Source: Alphaproteobacteria bacterium
GTDB lineage: Bacteria > Pseudomonadota > Alphaproteobacteria > Bin95
Length of the DNA: 64,000 bases
Reading direction: 5' to 3'
Assembly: GCA_041687435.1 (NCBI GenBank)
Contig: JAWLBX010000015.1
Span: 5,860-69,859, forward strand
Shown: piece by piece, positions 19,445-29,109 of the stretch
Numbering within the stretch: the first letter of the stretch is position 1
Layout of the letters: each line of letters starts with the position of its first letter
Position numbers and translations under genes: made by a program
Notes under the pieces: model-generated
What the model was told of the DNA's origin: nothing
The model's database searches: none
What the model saw: only the letters and a program-made list of their open reading frames with translations

Positions 19445-20680
19445 GTGTCCACATCCACCCGCATCGACCCGTGGTCGCTGCTGCACGAGCCCCAATTTTG
19501 CCGAATCTGGGCGGCCGGTGCCATGGTCGGCATCATGCGCTGGCTCGATGTGCTGGCAATCGGTGTCTATACCCATCAGGTCACCGGCGACCCGCTGATC
19601 GTCGCGACCATGCTGTTCCTGCGCATGCTGCCGATGCTGTTGTTCGGCGCGCTGATTGGCGCCTGGGCGGAGCGGGTGAATCGCAAATACCTGCTGATGG
19701 CCGGTGTTTTGATCATCGCTGCGCTTTATGCCCTCCTCGGCGGGCTGGCCTATACTGGCCATATCACCCTGGTTCATGTCGGCATCGGCGCTGCGATTTC
19801 TGGCGTGTTCTGGGCGATGGAGATGCCGGTGCGCCGCACGATGGCGGGCGAAGTCGCCGGAACCGAGCGGATCGGCGCCGCCATGGGGCTCGAGTCCTCC
19901 ACCAATAATTTCACCCGCATGCTGGGGCCGAGCGTCGGCGGCATGTTGCTGGAGTTCATCGGGCTGCACGGCGCCTTTTTTCTGGGCGCAATCCTTTATG
20001 GCATCGGTGCAATCCTGCTGGCCGGCATTTCCGCCGGAACGGAGATCACCGGCCGCGGCACATCCATTATCAGCGTCATTCGCGACGGAATGGCGACCAT
20101 CCGCACGACAAGGCTGGTGCAGGCTGCGCTGCTCGTGACGGTCATCGTCAATTTCTGGGGCTTTTCCTATGTTTCCATGGTGCCAGTGATCGGCAAGGTC
20201 GAATTGGGACTGTCCCCCTTCCCCATCGGCATTCTCATGTCGGCGGAAGGAGCCGGCGCTTTCATCGGCGCGCTGCTGATCGCCTTCAACGCATCACCGG
20301 CCATGTTCGGGCGGATTTTCTGGGTCGGCTCGCTGATCTATCTGGCCATGATCCTGGCCTTCTCGATCTCCAGCACCTTCTGGATTGCGCTGCCCGCACT
20401 GTTTATCGGCGGATTCGGCATTGCCGGGTTTGCAACCATGCAAAGCGCTCTGATTCTGGCCAACACCCCGCCGCAGCGCCGCAACCGGGTGATGGGGGTT
20501 TTGGCGATGTGCATCGGCTTCGGCCCGCTCGGCATCCTGCATGTCGGCTTTCTGGCGCATCAGTTCAGTGCCGCCGTGGCTGTCACCGTGATCGCAGCCG
20601 AAGGCATCCTGGCGCTGTGTGCCGCCGGATATTTCTGGCCGGAACTTCGACGGCTTGCCAGACCGCAGATAGAAGCGTAA
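19445..20680 (+). CDS. MFS transporter
   Basis: 411-aa 12-TM protein with an MFS fold; 'GALIGAWAERVNRKYLL' loop between TM2 and TM3. Confidence 0.8.
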   Translation: MSTSTRIDPWSLLHEPQFCRIWAAGAMVGIMRWLDVLAIGVYTHQVTGDPLIVATMLFLRMLPMLLFGALIGAWAERVNRKYLLMAGVLIIAALYALLGGLAYTGHITLVHVGIGAAISGVFWAMEMPVRRTMAGEVAGTERIGAAMGLESSTNNFTRMLGPSVGGMLLEFIGLHGAFFLGAILYGIGAILLAGISAGTEITGRGTSIISVIRDGMATIRTTRLVQAALLVTVIVNFWGFSYVSMVPVIGKVELGLSPFPIGILMSAEGAGAFIGALLIAFNASPAMFGRIFWVGSLIYLAMILAFSISSTFWIALPALFIGGFGIAGFATMQSALILANTPPQRRNRVMGVLAMCIGFGPLGILHVGFLAHQFSAAVAVTVIAAEGILALCAAGYFWPELRRLARPQIEA

Positions 20681-20699
20681 ATGGGTCGTCGATCAATGA

Positions 20700-20776
20700 C
20701 GGGGTGTAGCGCAGTCTGGTAGCGCGCTAGTTTTGGGAACTAGAGGCCCCCGGTTCGAATCCGGGCTCCCCGACCA
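20700..20776 (+). tRNA. tRNA-Pro (anticodon TGG)
   Basis: 77-nt cloverleaf folded by hand. Acceptor stem cggggtg/ctccccg (one mismatch), D arm gcgc-agtctggta-gcgc, anticodon stem ctagt/actag with loop tttggga (anticodon TGG), T arm cccgg-ttcgaat-ccggg, 3' CCA encoded. Confidence 0.9.
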
Positions 20777-20841
20777 TTACATGGTCCATCGCTACGGCCA
20801 GCCCTGCAAAGTCGGCTTCGCCTGCACGCTGCGCCTAATGC

Positions 20842-21285
20842 TCAACCAAAACCGCCGAACGCCCTTGGCCCATAGAACCAAGCGCACCGTCCGGTACAGA
20901 CATCACCGACATGCAGTACAGTGCCGAGCGTGTGGACTGCCGTAACCAAGATCACGGCCAGGATCGACCATTTCGAAACCTGCCATGCCCGCTGATAGCT
21001 TTTTGTCCGATGCTGGCGCAGGTCATTAAGTTGGTCTGCCGTTTCCTCACCACTCGACCATTTCAGCGGAATGACTCGCAATATCAAGTAGCATGACAGC
21101 AACAATGCAATGAAAACCATGTCCAGAATCAAATGCATCACATTGAGAACCAAACTCTCAATCCAGATTGCGAGCGTCGCAAGGAAGATTGCGTTAAAGG
21201 TCAACAGGGCCGCAGCCTTGCCATCCAAAATACTCAGCAAAGCGTATTGATTCTTAACATCACTTGAGTTGAGTTCGGATACCAT
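20842..21285 (-). CDS. hypothetical small membrane protein (3 predicted TM), atypical AT-rich codon usage
   Basis: Start at the internal ATG (MVSELNSSDVKNQYALLSILDGK...), with a GGATAGG RBS 5 nt upstream that lies inside the 3' end of the deaminase gene. About 48% GC against a ~65% background. The C-terminal ~25 aa read into GC-rich host-like sequence. Confidence 0.45.
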   Translation of the reverse strand: MVSELNSSDVKNQYALLSILDGKAAALLTFNAIFLATLAIWIESLVLNVMHLILDMVFIALLLSCYLILRVIPLKWSSGEETADQLNDLRQHRTKSYQRAWQVSKWSILAVILVTAVHTLGTVLHVGDVCTGRCAWFYGPRAFGGFG

Positions 21286-21289
21286 CTGC

Positions 21290-21745
21290 CTATCCCGATT
21301 TGCTGATATCCTCATTCCAGATATCGGCGTGTTCCTGGATAAAACGGCGCATCATGGCAACGCAGCGCTGATCTTCGCGAACGATCACCTCAACGCCATG
21401 CCGCCGAAGGAAATCCTCGTTGCCGCCGAAATTCTGCGTATCGGCGATCACAACGGTTCCGACCCCGAACTGCACGATGGTTCCAGAGCACATCATGCAA
21501 GGGGACAGGGTCGTGAACAGCACCAAGTCGCCGTAATCGTTTCGCCGCCCCGCGTTCTCGAAGCACGCCATCTCGCCGTGCAGGATTTGGCTGTCGCGCT
21601 GGACGCGCAAGTTGCGGCCTCGCGCGACGATTTCCGGACCGCGCATCAGCACCGCGCCGATGGGAATGCCACCTTCGGCCAGGCCTGCTGTGGCCTCCGC
21701 AAAGGCGGCATCGATCCCGGTGTTCAAGATCGCATCTGGCAGCAA
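21290..21745 (-). CDS. cytosine deaminase, yeast FCY1-type (CDA-fold nucleoside/cytosine deaminase)
   Basis: 151 aa with zinc-ligand motifs HGEMACFEN (H-x-E) and SPCMMCSG (PC-x-x-C). Remembered alignment to FCY1 along the whole length (…GGIPIGAVLM…, …TTLSPC.MC.G.I…, C-terminal …RC..MM..FI.E….W.EDI). Confidence 0.8.
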   Translation of the reverse strand: MLPDAILNTGIDAAFAEATAGLAEGGIPIGAVLMRGPEIVARGRNLRVQRDSQILHGEMACFENAGRRNDYGDLVLFTTLSPCMMCSGTIVQFGVGTVVIADTQNFGGNEDFLRRHGVEVIVREDQRCVAMMRRFIQEHADIWNEDISKSG

Positions 21746-21789
21746 GCGTCTCCTCCGTCACTGGCCGGTCTAAAGGCGGCTCACTCCCC

Positions 21790-22674
21790 CTAGGCCGTCA
21801 CCTGTTCCGCGGTCAAGCCGTCGCCGGCCAGCGTGGTGCGCCGCATGTCGCGCGGTTCTTCCGACGGGAACGGACGAGCCCGGTGCATGGTGCGCCGGTT
21901 GTCCCAGATGACCAAGTCGTTCAGCCGCCATTGGTGAGCATAGACGAACTCGCGCTGGGTCGCATGCTCCGTCAGGTCGCGCAGCAGCAGCAGCGCCTCC
22001 GGCGTCGGCCAGCCCAGAATCTCACCGGCATGCGAGGACAGGAACAGCGACTTGCGACCTGTCGCCGGATGGCTGCGCACCAGTGACTGCCGCACCGGCT
22101 TCAATCTCGCCATTTCCTCTGGCGTGAAATCGGTAAAGCCAATCTGGCGGCGGGAATACATCTGCGAATGCTCACAAATCAGATCATCAATCTGCGCCTT
22201 GGTCTCATCGGCGAGCGCGTCATAGGCGGCGCGCATGTCAGCAAACTGCGTCTCCCCACCCCTGGACGGAATCGAGCGGGCGTGCAGCAGCGAGTATTTC
22301 GCCGGCACCGGCTTGAAGGAACTGTCCGAATGCCAAAGCCGGTTGCCAATGCCGAACAGCCGCCGCCGGTCTTCGCGGGCGAACGGCCTGTTGTCCTTGT
22401 CCAGGTTGGAAACATCGGCAAAGGTTTTGGCGATCCGCAACTCGTTATCGCTGCGCAGATTGGTGGTCACCGGCGCTTCGATCGGACCGAGGCTGAGGGT
22501 GAAGGCCATCTGCGTCTCGTCGTCAAGCGGTACCTCGCGGAAGACGAGGACTGCATGTTCATTCATGGCGGCGTGAATCTCGTCCGCCTGCTCCGGCGTG
22601 ATCGGCTGCGTGATGTCGATGCCGCTGGCTTCAGCAGCGAAACACGGGCCGATCTGGCGAGTGGTCAAGGGCAT
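21790..22674 (-). CDS. TauD/TfdA-family Fe(II)/2-oxoglutarate-dependent dioxygenase
   Basis: 294 aa from the internal ATG (MPLTTRQIGPCFAAEASGIDI...). The 2-His-1-carboxylate context 'WHSDSSF' and the C-terminal 'DNRRTMHRA' motif are present. The ORF-finder's upstream 241 aa are a GC-frame artefact. Confidence 0.8.
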   Translation of the reverse strand: MPLTTRQIGPCFAAEASGIDITQPITPEQADEIHAAMNEHAVLVFREVPLDDETQMAFTLSLGPIEAPVTTNLRSDNELRIAKTFADVSNLDKDNRPFAREDRRRLFGIGNRLWHSDSSFKPVPAKYSLLHARSIPSRGGETQFADMRAAYDALADETKAQIDDLICEHSQMYSRRQIGFTDFTPEEMARLKPVRQSLVRSHPATGRKSLFLSSHAGEILGWPTPEALLLLRDLTEHATQREFVYAHQWRLNDLVIWDNRRTMHRARPFPSEEPRDMRRTTLAGDGLTAEQVTA

Positions 22675-22842
22675 GGGCGCATCCTTTCCGGCCATTTCAG
22701 GGCTCTTGCCGTCCATGCTAGGCGGTCTCGCCGCGCGCGGGTAGCCCATTCGCACGCGCTTTACCGAAACAGCAGCCTTCCGGCATGCACGCTGCGGGGA
22801 TAGAGTTCCGCTCATCTCACCAAAGCAACAGAGGACACGCAA

Positions 22843-23619
22843 ATGGGTCAGGTTTCGGGAAAAGTGGCGCTGGTCACGGGCGGCGCTTCGGGTATCGGCA
22901 AGGCCACGGCGCTGACGCTGGGGCGCGAGGGCGCTGCGGTGATGGTCACGGACCTGAACCAGGCCGGTGCGGAGGCGGTTGCCGCGGAAATCGTAGGCGC
23001 AGGTGGCAAGGCCCAGGCGATGCCGCAGGATACGACGGACGAGGACCGGTGGCAGGCTGTGATCGCCGCAACCGAGGCCGCATTCGGTAAGCTGGACGTG
23101 CTGGTGAACAACGCGGGCATCGCCATCGCCGGCCCGATCGAGACCTACAGCCTGGCCGACTGGCGGAAGCAGCAAGCGGTCAACGTCGATGGCGTGTTTC
23201 TGGGTGTGAAGCATGCCTTCCCGGCCATGCGGCGCGCCGGCGGCGGCTCCATCATCAACCTGTCCTCGATTGCCGGCCTGCGCGGCAATCGCTCCGGCCT
23301 CGGCGCCTACAGCGCCACCAAGGGCGCCGTGCGGCTGTTCACGAAGACGGCGGCGCTGGAGGGCGCCAAGGACAAAATCCGGGTGAACTCCGTCCATCCC
23401 GGCATCATCGAAACGCCGATCTGGGATGCGATCCTGCCGGGCGGCGAGGCCGGGCGCAATGCGGGCGACCTCAACGTACGGGCACGGGCGTCAGTGCCGA
23501 CCGGCGTGCTGGGACAGCCGCAGGACATCGCGAACGGTATCCTGTTCCTGGCCAGCGACCAGTCAAGCTATATGAGCGGCTCCGAACTGGTGATCGACGC
23601 CGGCGTGACCGCCGGCTAG
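22843..23619 (+). CDS. SDR family oxidoreductase (short-chain dehydrogenase/reductase)
   Basis: Cofactor-binding motif TGGASGIGKA, NNAG, and the catalytic S…Y-x3-K (YSATKGAV). Confidence 0.85.
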   Translation: MGQVSGKVALVTGGASGIGKATALTLGREGAAVMVTDLNQAGAEAVAAEIVGAGGKAQAMPQDTTDEDRWQAVIAATEAAFGKLDVLVNNAGIAIAGPIETYSLADWRKQQAVNVDGVFLGVKHAFPAMRRAGGGSIINLSSIAGLRGNRSGLGAYSATKGAVRLFTKTAALEGAKDKIRVNSVHPGIIETPIWDAILPGGEAGRNAGDLNVRARASVPTGVLGQPQDIANGILFLASDQSSYMSGSELVIDAGVTAG

Positions 23620-23641
23620 GGCTTGGCCTGACCCGCGTGGG

Positions 23642-24940
23642 TCAGAACCGAGTCAATTGCCAGGCAAGCAGGTCGGTCGCGACCATGAAATCCTCGATCT
23701 GCATCGCCTCGTCCGGATTGTGGGAGCCATGGTCGTTCCGGATGAAGATCATGGCGGTGGGCACGCCCGCCGCCGCGAACGCCGCCGAATCGTGGGCCGC
23801 GCCGCTGGCGATCTCGATGGCATTCATGCCCTTCTCCCGCACGCCCTGCCACAGGCTGTTGCGCAGGATCGTATCCATCCGCCCCGGCGCGGCGCGGGTT
23901 ATCTGCCCCAGTTCGAACCGCACGCCACGGCGCGCGGCAATGCTGCGCGCGATCTCCTCCAGCCGGCCTTCCATGACCTGCAGGAAGGCCGGGTCGAGGC
24001 TGCGGAGATCCAGACTGAACCGCACCTCGCCATTGACGATGGTCATGGCGTGACGGGCCGGATCGGTAAAAAACTTGCCGACCGTATAGGCGAAATCGCC
24101 GCCGCCCGCCTCCGTCTCCGTCCAGATGGCATCAAGCGCCAGCACGAATTCGGAAACGGCAATCACCGCATCTTGCCGGTTCCAGCGCGGCTCCCCGCCG
24201 CAATGGGCATATTGGCCGAGGCAGCGCGCATGCGGCAGGCGGCGGTTGCCGCGAATGCCCGTGACAATGCCGATGGGCGTCTCGCGCTCCTCCAGCACCG
24301 GCCCCTGTTCGATATGCGGCTCCAGAAACGCACGGATCAGGCTGGTATCAAGAATCGCCGGGCCGCCTTGCAAGGATTCCGGATTGCCGCCGCATTCCGC
24401 GATATGATCCGCCAGACTGCGGCCATTGTCCGAGCGTTTCGCGTCGAGCGCGCCTTTCGGCAATAGGCCAAGCGCGGCACGGCTGCCCAGGTACGAAACG
24501 CCGAACCACGCGCTTTCCTCTGCCCGAATGCCCATGACGGTTACATCGCTGGCAGGCGTGATCCCTGCATCCTTCAGTGCGGCCAGCGCCGTCAGGCCGC
24601 TGACGACACCAGCCGCACCGTCGAAGTTGCCGCCCTGCGGGACGGAATCCAAATGGCTGCCGATCAGCACAGCCGGCGCGCGCCGGTTCTGACCGGGCAG
24701 GGTGAAATAGCTGTTGCAGGCGGGATCCTGGGCCACCCCCAGGCCGAGCGACTTGGCCGCCTCGGCCATGAGCGCATGCGCCTTCTGCTCACCCTCGCCA
24801 TAGGAGGCGCGGGTAATGCCCACACCGTCGTGACTCGTTTTCTCCAACTGATCGAACAGGTCGGCGGCAAACTGCGTCCGGTTGATAACGGCACGGGCAA
24901 GGTGTTCCACGAGGCGGGCTCCGGCGAGAAAAGTGGGCAA
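23642..24940 (-). CDS. Zn-dependent M20-family amidohydrolase (N-carbamoyl-L-amino acid / allantoate amidohydrolase family)
   Basis: 432 aa with the hallmark 'GSHLDSVPQGGNFDGAAGV' and an M20 dimerisation-domain architecture. Confidence 0.75.
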   Translation of the reverse strand: MPTFLAGARLVEHLARAVINRTQFAADLFDQLEKTSHDGVGITRASYGEGEQKAHALMAEAAKSLGLGVAQDPACNSYFTLPGQNRRAPAVLIGSHLDSVPQGGNFDGAAGVVSGLTALAALKDAGITPASDVTVMGIRAEESAWFGVSYLGSRAALGLLPKGALDAKRSDNGRSLADHIAECGGNPESLQGGPAILDTSLIRAFLEPHIEQGPVLEERETPIGIVTGIRGNRRLPHARCLGQYAHCGGEPRWNRQDAVIAVSEFVLALDAIWTETEAGGGDFAYTVGKFFTDPARHAMTIVNGEVRFSLDLRSLDPAFLQVMEGRLEEIARSIAARRGVRFELGQITRAAPGRMDTILRNSLWQGVREKGMNAIEIASGAAHDSAAFAAAGVPTAMIFIRNDHGSHNPDEAMQIEDFMVATDLLAWQLTRF

Positions 24941-24958
24941 TCGTTCAAATGGTGCAGT

Positions 24959-25714
24959 CTAGGCCGCTGTCCAACCGCCGTCGACCAGCAGCGTATGGCC
25001 GGTCGTCCAACTGGCCTCGTCGCTCATCAGGTAGAGCATGCCGCTGGCGATTTCGTGCGGACGGCCAAAGCGTTTCATCGCATGGCGGTTGCGGGAGTTC
25101 TCGCGCGCTGCCGGGTTGGGATTGCGTGCCATGCCAGCCTCGAACAGCGGCGTTTCCGTCGCGCCGGGCGCAATCGCATTCACGCGGATATTGTCCGGGG
25201 CCAACTCCAGCGCGGCGGTCTTGGTCAGGCTGACAATGGCGCCCTTGCTGGCGATATACGCGGCATTCATCGCGCCGCCGCCAAACGCCAATTGCGAGGC
25301 GACGGTGACCACGGCCCCGCCACCATTCCGGCGGAAGGCCGGGATCGCGGTTTTGAGATAGAGCCAGGTGGCCTTGACGTTGATGCCGTAAATGGCATCC
25401 CAGTCCTCGCCCGTGATGGCGTCGATGGCGATACCGCTGCGGGAAATTCCGGCAGCCGTCGCCAATCCGTCCAATTTGCCGGTGCGCTCCTCGGCCAGGG
25501 CCACGGCTTTGGCCGCCAGGTCCGCGTCCCGCACGTCGCCGGCAAGGCAATGGAGCCGGGCCTGTTGCATCGTCTCGTCGATGATGGAAAGCCTCGCGGC
25601 ACTCTGATCGACGGCCACGACGGACGCGCCTTCTTCCAGGCAGCGGCGGGCAAAAGCCAGCCCTATGCCGGAAGCCGCGCCGGTAACCAGGATGGTTTTG
25701 CCCTCAAGCCGCAT
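24959..25714 (-). CDS. SDR family oxidoreductase
   Basis: TGAASGIG cofactor motif and catalytic YIASKGAI. It overlaps the upstream CoA-transferase gene by 11 nt (operonic). Confidence 0.85.
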   Translation of the reverse strand: MRLEGKTILVTGAASGIGLAFARRCLEEGASVVAVDQSAARLSIIDETMQQARLHCLAGDVRDADLAAKAVALAEERTGKLDGLATAAGISRSGIAIDAITGEDWDAIYGINVKATWLYLKTAIPAFRRNGGGAVVTVASQLAFGGGAMNAAYIASKGAIVSLTKTAALELAPDNIRVNAIAPGATETPLFEAGMARNPNPAARENSRNRHAMKRFGRPHEIASGMLYLMSDEASWTTGHTLLVDGGWTAA

Positions 25715-26915
25715 CTGCCAGCACTCCCTCGGCGATCAAGCGATTGATCGTATCGGCATCATAGCCGGCCCGCTCTGCCATGACCGTGCGGGTGTCGGCG
25801 CCGATGGCCCGGCCCGGCCAGTGGATCTCTCCAGGCGAGGCGGAAAGACGCGGCGCCGGGGCGGACATCGCCAGCAGGCCCAGGGCCGGATGGGGCACAC
25901 GGGCCAGCGTTTCGCGCGCTGCGTAGTGCGGGTCCGCGAACACGTCTGCCATGGTGAAAATGCGGGTGGCCGGCACGTCGTTTTCGATCAGCGCCGCTTC
26001 CAACGGCGCCAAATCTTGCGTCCCGACCCAATCCTGAATCATGCGTTCCAGCAATTCCTGGTTCTGGCCCCGGGCGCGGGCGGTGGCGAACCGCTCGTCA
26101 GTCGTCCAGTCTTCGCGCCCCATCACCTGGCAGAGACGGCGGAACACCGGGTTGGCGGAGGCCGCGATCTGAATATCCCGCCCGTCGCGCGTGCGGAACA
26201 GGCCATTGGGGGAAACCCCCGGCAGGCGCGAGCCGGCACGGTTGGCGACATGGCCCAGCTGGTCATAGGCCGGGATGTGCGGCTCCATGAAGCTGAAGGC
26301 ACTCTCCATCAGGTTGGCATCCACCACCTGCCCTTCCCCCGTGCGGTCACGGTGGATCAGGGCCATAGCGATGCCGAACGCGGCATAGAGGCCGGTGATA
26401 TAATCCGTCAGAGACACGGCCACGCGCGCCGGCGGACGGTCCGGGTCGCCGGTGATGTGGCGCAGGCCGCTCACCGCCTCGCCAATGATGCCGAAGCCCG
26501 GGCGGGGGGAGTACGGGCCGGACTGGCCGAAGCCGGAAATGCGCGCCATGATCAGGTCGGGCTTCACCGCTTTCAGGTCCTCATAGCCGAGGCCCCATTT
26601 CTCCAGGCCGCCGGGACGGAAATTCTCGATCACCACGTCACTGTTGCGCGCCAAATCCCGGATCGCCTGCTGGCCTGCCGGCATGCGCATGTCGATGGCG
26701 ACGAGTTGCTTGTTCCGCAGGATGCTGGCGGCATAGAGCGATACATCCTCGCCATTCTCCGCCTGCTTGTGCTTGCCCATGGAGCGGACCGGATCGCCCG
26801 CCGGTGGCTCAACCTTGACCACTTCGGCGCCGAAGTCGGCCAGCAGCCGGCCGCAGAATGGCCCGGCAATGGTCGATCCAAGTTCGAGCACCCGGGCGTG
26901 GACGAGCGGTCCCAT
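25704..26915 (-). CDS. CoA transferase, family III (CaiB/BaiF)
   Basis: 403 aa from the internal ATG (MGPLVHARVLELGSTIAGPFCG...). Family III signatures around 'RVLELGS.IAGP' and 'GFGQSGPY'. Confidence 0.85.
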   Translation of the reverse strand: MGPLVHARVLELGSTIAGPFCGRLLADFGAEVVKVEPPAGDPVRSMGKHKQAENGEDVSLYAASILRNKQLVAIDMRMPAGQQAIRDLARNSDVVIENFRPGGLEKWGLGYEDLKAVKPDLIMARISGFGQSGPYSPRPGFGIIGEAVSGLRHITGDPDRPPARVAVSLTDYITGLYAAFGIAMALIHRDRTGEGQVVDANLMESAFSFMEPHIPAYDQLGHVANRAGSRLPGVSPNGLFRTRDGRDIQIAASANPVFRRLCQVMGREDWTTDERFATARARGQNQELLERMIQDWVGTQDLAPLEAALIENDVPATRIFTMADVFADPHYAARETLARVPHPALGLLAMSAPAPRLSASPGEIHWPGRAIGADTRTVMAERAGYDADTINRLIAEGVLADAA

Positions 26916-27906
26916 GGCATGGCGATCCTTGCGGAAAGGAAAACGGATGCCCGCACTATAGCAAGCTTCCAACCGGGGGAAACCGGTTCAACCCGCCCAG
27001 CGCTCCGCATCGTTTTTCTCACCCGCAACCGGATTGAGCGGCACGCCTCGCAGTCATCCATCTCAATAAAACACTATGAAATTTTCAGTAATTATAATCA
27101 TTTTCAATATATTCGCAGAGGCTACACTGCCTATCGGCCGAACACCTCAGAATGTATGCATAAGGGAATTTTCTCACCATACATTAATCCCTCACGATCC
27201 GGCCCTTCCGTCACGTCAACTTCCCAGCATAACTGGCATCGGGATAGGCTGGCGACCCAGCGGAGCATAATTTGGATATGTGCAGGAGAGAAAATACGCA
27301 ATATCGAACGCGGAAAAATATGACATCTATTATTTTCCCACCTTCCATTAAATTATCGAAACCAGTGCCTAAATATTGATTGCACGCATAAATTGCTGCA
27401 CCGGTATTGAATTATTCAATCACGCTTAATAAGACTGAAAACCTGAAAAATCTGGATAATATCATGGAATGTTTTATCACAAACATATCGACATAATGAA
27501 TTACTACGACATAGTATCAGGATTTTTTCAGCGCCATTTCCGCATTATCACCTCCATATACTTAACAAGTAAATCCGCCTTTCCCAAAACAATATGCAAT
27601 ATTCAGCGATACATTTATACATATGTATGAATTTGCACCGTAAATTCTCCATGATCTTTTGGATTATAACCCGGATTGATATCAGTCGCGACTTTACATT
27701 CTTTGTGATTTGTCCACATTTATTTCTGCATACGATGGACAATAGGACACCCTGAGGGTTACCCGAAGATGGTTCTTGGTTTGTATGGTAACAAGCTGCT
27801 TCTATTACAGACCGTTTGGAACGACGCCCGCCAGGGTTGTAATGCAGTCCATCTATGGATGTACGATAAATATTCCAAGTTCTCAACCGAGTGAAAGGAC
27901 AAATCT

Positions 27907-28689
27907 ATGCTTGAGCGCACCCCACAGGCTTTTATCAACGCCTGCTTCTCTTTGATGTGGAACTCCGGTTATTCAGCTACTATCGATACTGATTTGCGTG
28001 GCTGGGTGGATTTTCTAACCAACGCGTATCCGGATTCGCCCGTCAATGCAGCCTTCAACCCCGAATTCCATCGCCTGGAACCCGACAATTCGTTCTGGCT
28101 ATCCATTCGCCGGCGCAGCGATGGCAAGGTGATCGCTTGTATTTGCGACCGGTTGATCGAGTCAGACGATTTCCTGGAAGACCAGCGGCTCATGAAAATC
28201 TGGTATGGCGATCCGGCGACAAGCGGGGCGGCCCCCATGCAGATCGCGCAGCCGCGCTCCGCCTATCCTGATGTGCGCGGTAAGATCGGCCATCACGGCG
28301 GTCTCTGGGTCGACCGTAGCGAGCGACATAATGGGTTGGCATGGCTGCTGTGCCGCATCATCCGCGCCATGTCTCTGCAGCGCTGGCCGGATGTCGACTG
28401 GCACTGCGGCACCTCACTCGAGGGCGTGGCGGTACGGGATCTGCCAACAAATACCTACGGCTATACCCGTGTCGACCTCTTGCTCGACGGTTGGTTCCAA
28501 CCCAGTCAGCAGCACCATAAAGTGTTCATGACCTCGATCAGCGCCAATGAAATGAGCCTGCAAATTGCAGAGGATCTGTCACTGATCGAAATGAACACCG
28601 ACAAGCAAATGCGTGACGTTGTTTTTGCCGCTAGAGAGCGGAAGAGCAACACGCCGGTACTCCCGGCTGTGCAAGCCCTTGCCGGTTAA
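27907..28689 (+). CDS. hypothetical protein
   Basis: 260-aa ORF immediately downstream of an ~880-bp AT-rich non-coding stretch. Lower GC than its surroundings and no recognisable domain. Confidence 0.4.
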   Translation: MLERTPQAFINACFSLMWNSGYSATIDTDLRGWVDFLTNAYPDSPVNAAFNPEFHRLEPDNSFWLSIRRRSDGKVIACICDRLIESDDFLEDQRLMKIWYGDPATSGAAPMQIAQPRSAYPDVRGKIGHHGGLWVDRSERHNGLAWLLCRIIRAMSLQRWPDVDWHCGTSLEGVAVRDLPTNTYGYTRVDLLLDGWFQPSQQHHKVFMTSISANEMSLQIAEDLSLIEMNTDKQMRDVVFAARERKSNTPVLPAVQALAG

Positions 28690-29082
28690 TTGGGCACTCA
28701 CTCCTTGGAATAAAGGAAACTTATTCGCCTTCGCTATGACGAGATCACGCTCCAAGGCCCGCTGAAGGGCTTTGGAGCTGATGTCGGAAACGCGTATGCC
28801 GGAATAGCCACCCATGCCCCGCAGCGCGAACACGTCATAGCTAAAATTGCCGGGGTTTTCATCGTGCACATCGATGACATGGAACCAGCCCAGAACGCCC
28901 AGACGGGTCAATTCCATCAGCCCAACATCATCGATATCCGGCAAGATCCCGTGACGCCGGGGCAAGGAAAACCAGAAACGGACAAGCCGCGCCAACGGCG
29001 CGTCCTTGCCTTCATCCAGTTCGGTCAATGCGCACACACGCCGTTCTACGACATCGCCGCTTCCGGCTTCGCGTTCGATCAT
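28579..29082 (-). CDS. hypothetical protein (possible PAS-like sensory fold)
   Basis: 167-aa ORF whose 3' end overlaps the preceding convergent ORF by ~110 nt, so one of the two calls may be wrong. Weak resemblance to PAS-like folds only. Confidence 0.35.
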   Translation of the reverse strand: MIEREAGSGDVVERRVCALTELDEGKDAPLARLVRFWFSLPRRHGILPDIDDVGLMELTRLGVLGWFHVIDVHDENPGNFSYDVFALRGMGGYSGIRVSDISSKALQRALERDLVIAKANKFPLFQGVSAQLTGKGLHSREYRRVALPLSSGKNNVTHLLVGVHFDQ

Positions 29083-29109
29083 TTCGCACCTCGCGGCAAC
29101 AGCACGAAT

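Noticed and set aside
20700-21800. Integrase-bounded genomic island at tRNA-Pro
   Set aside because: No integrase, recombinase or phage gene is adjacent to the tRNA, and I could not find a direct repeat of the tRNA 3' end downstream. Only a compositional anomaly of one small gene is supported, so this is reported as a finding and not as a mobile element.
22675-23397. 241-aa N-terminal extension of the TauD ORF-finder frame
   Set aside because: It has no homology to TauD and overlaps the divergent SDR gene on the other strand. The canonical TauD N-terminus starts at the internal ATG.
27076-27886. Small ORFs (27076..27270 +, 27548..27886 -) inside the AT-rich desert
   Set aside because: No RBS, odd composition (Cys/Ile/Arg-rich), and they sit in a region whose base composition is unlike coding DNA of this genome. 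Treated as non-coding.
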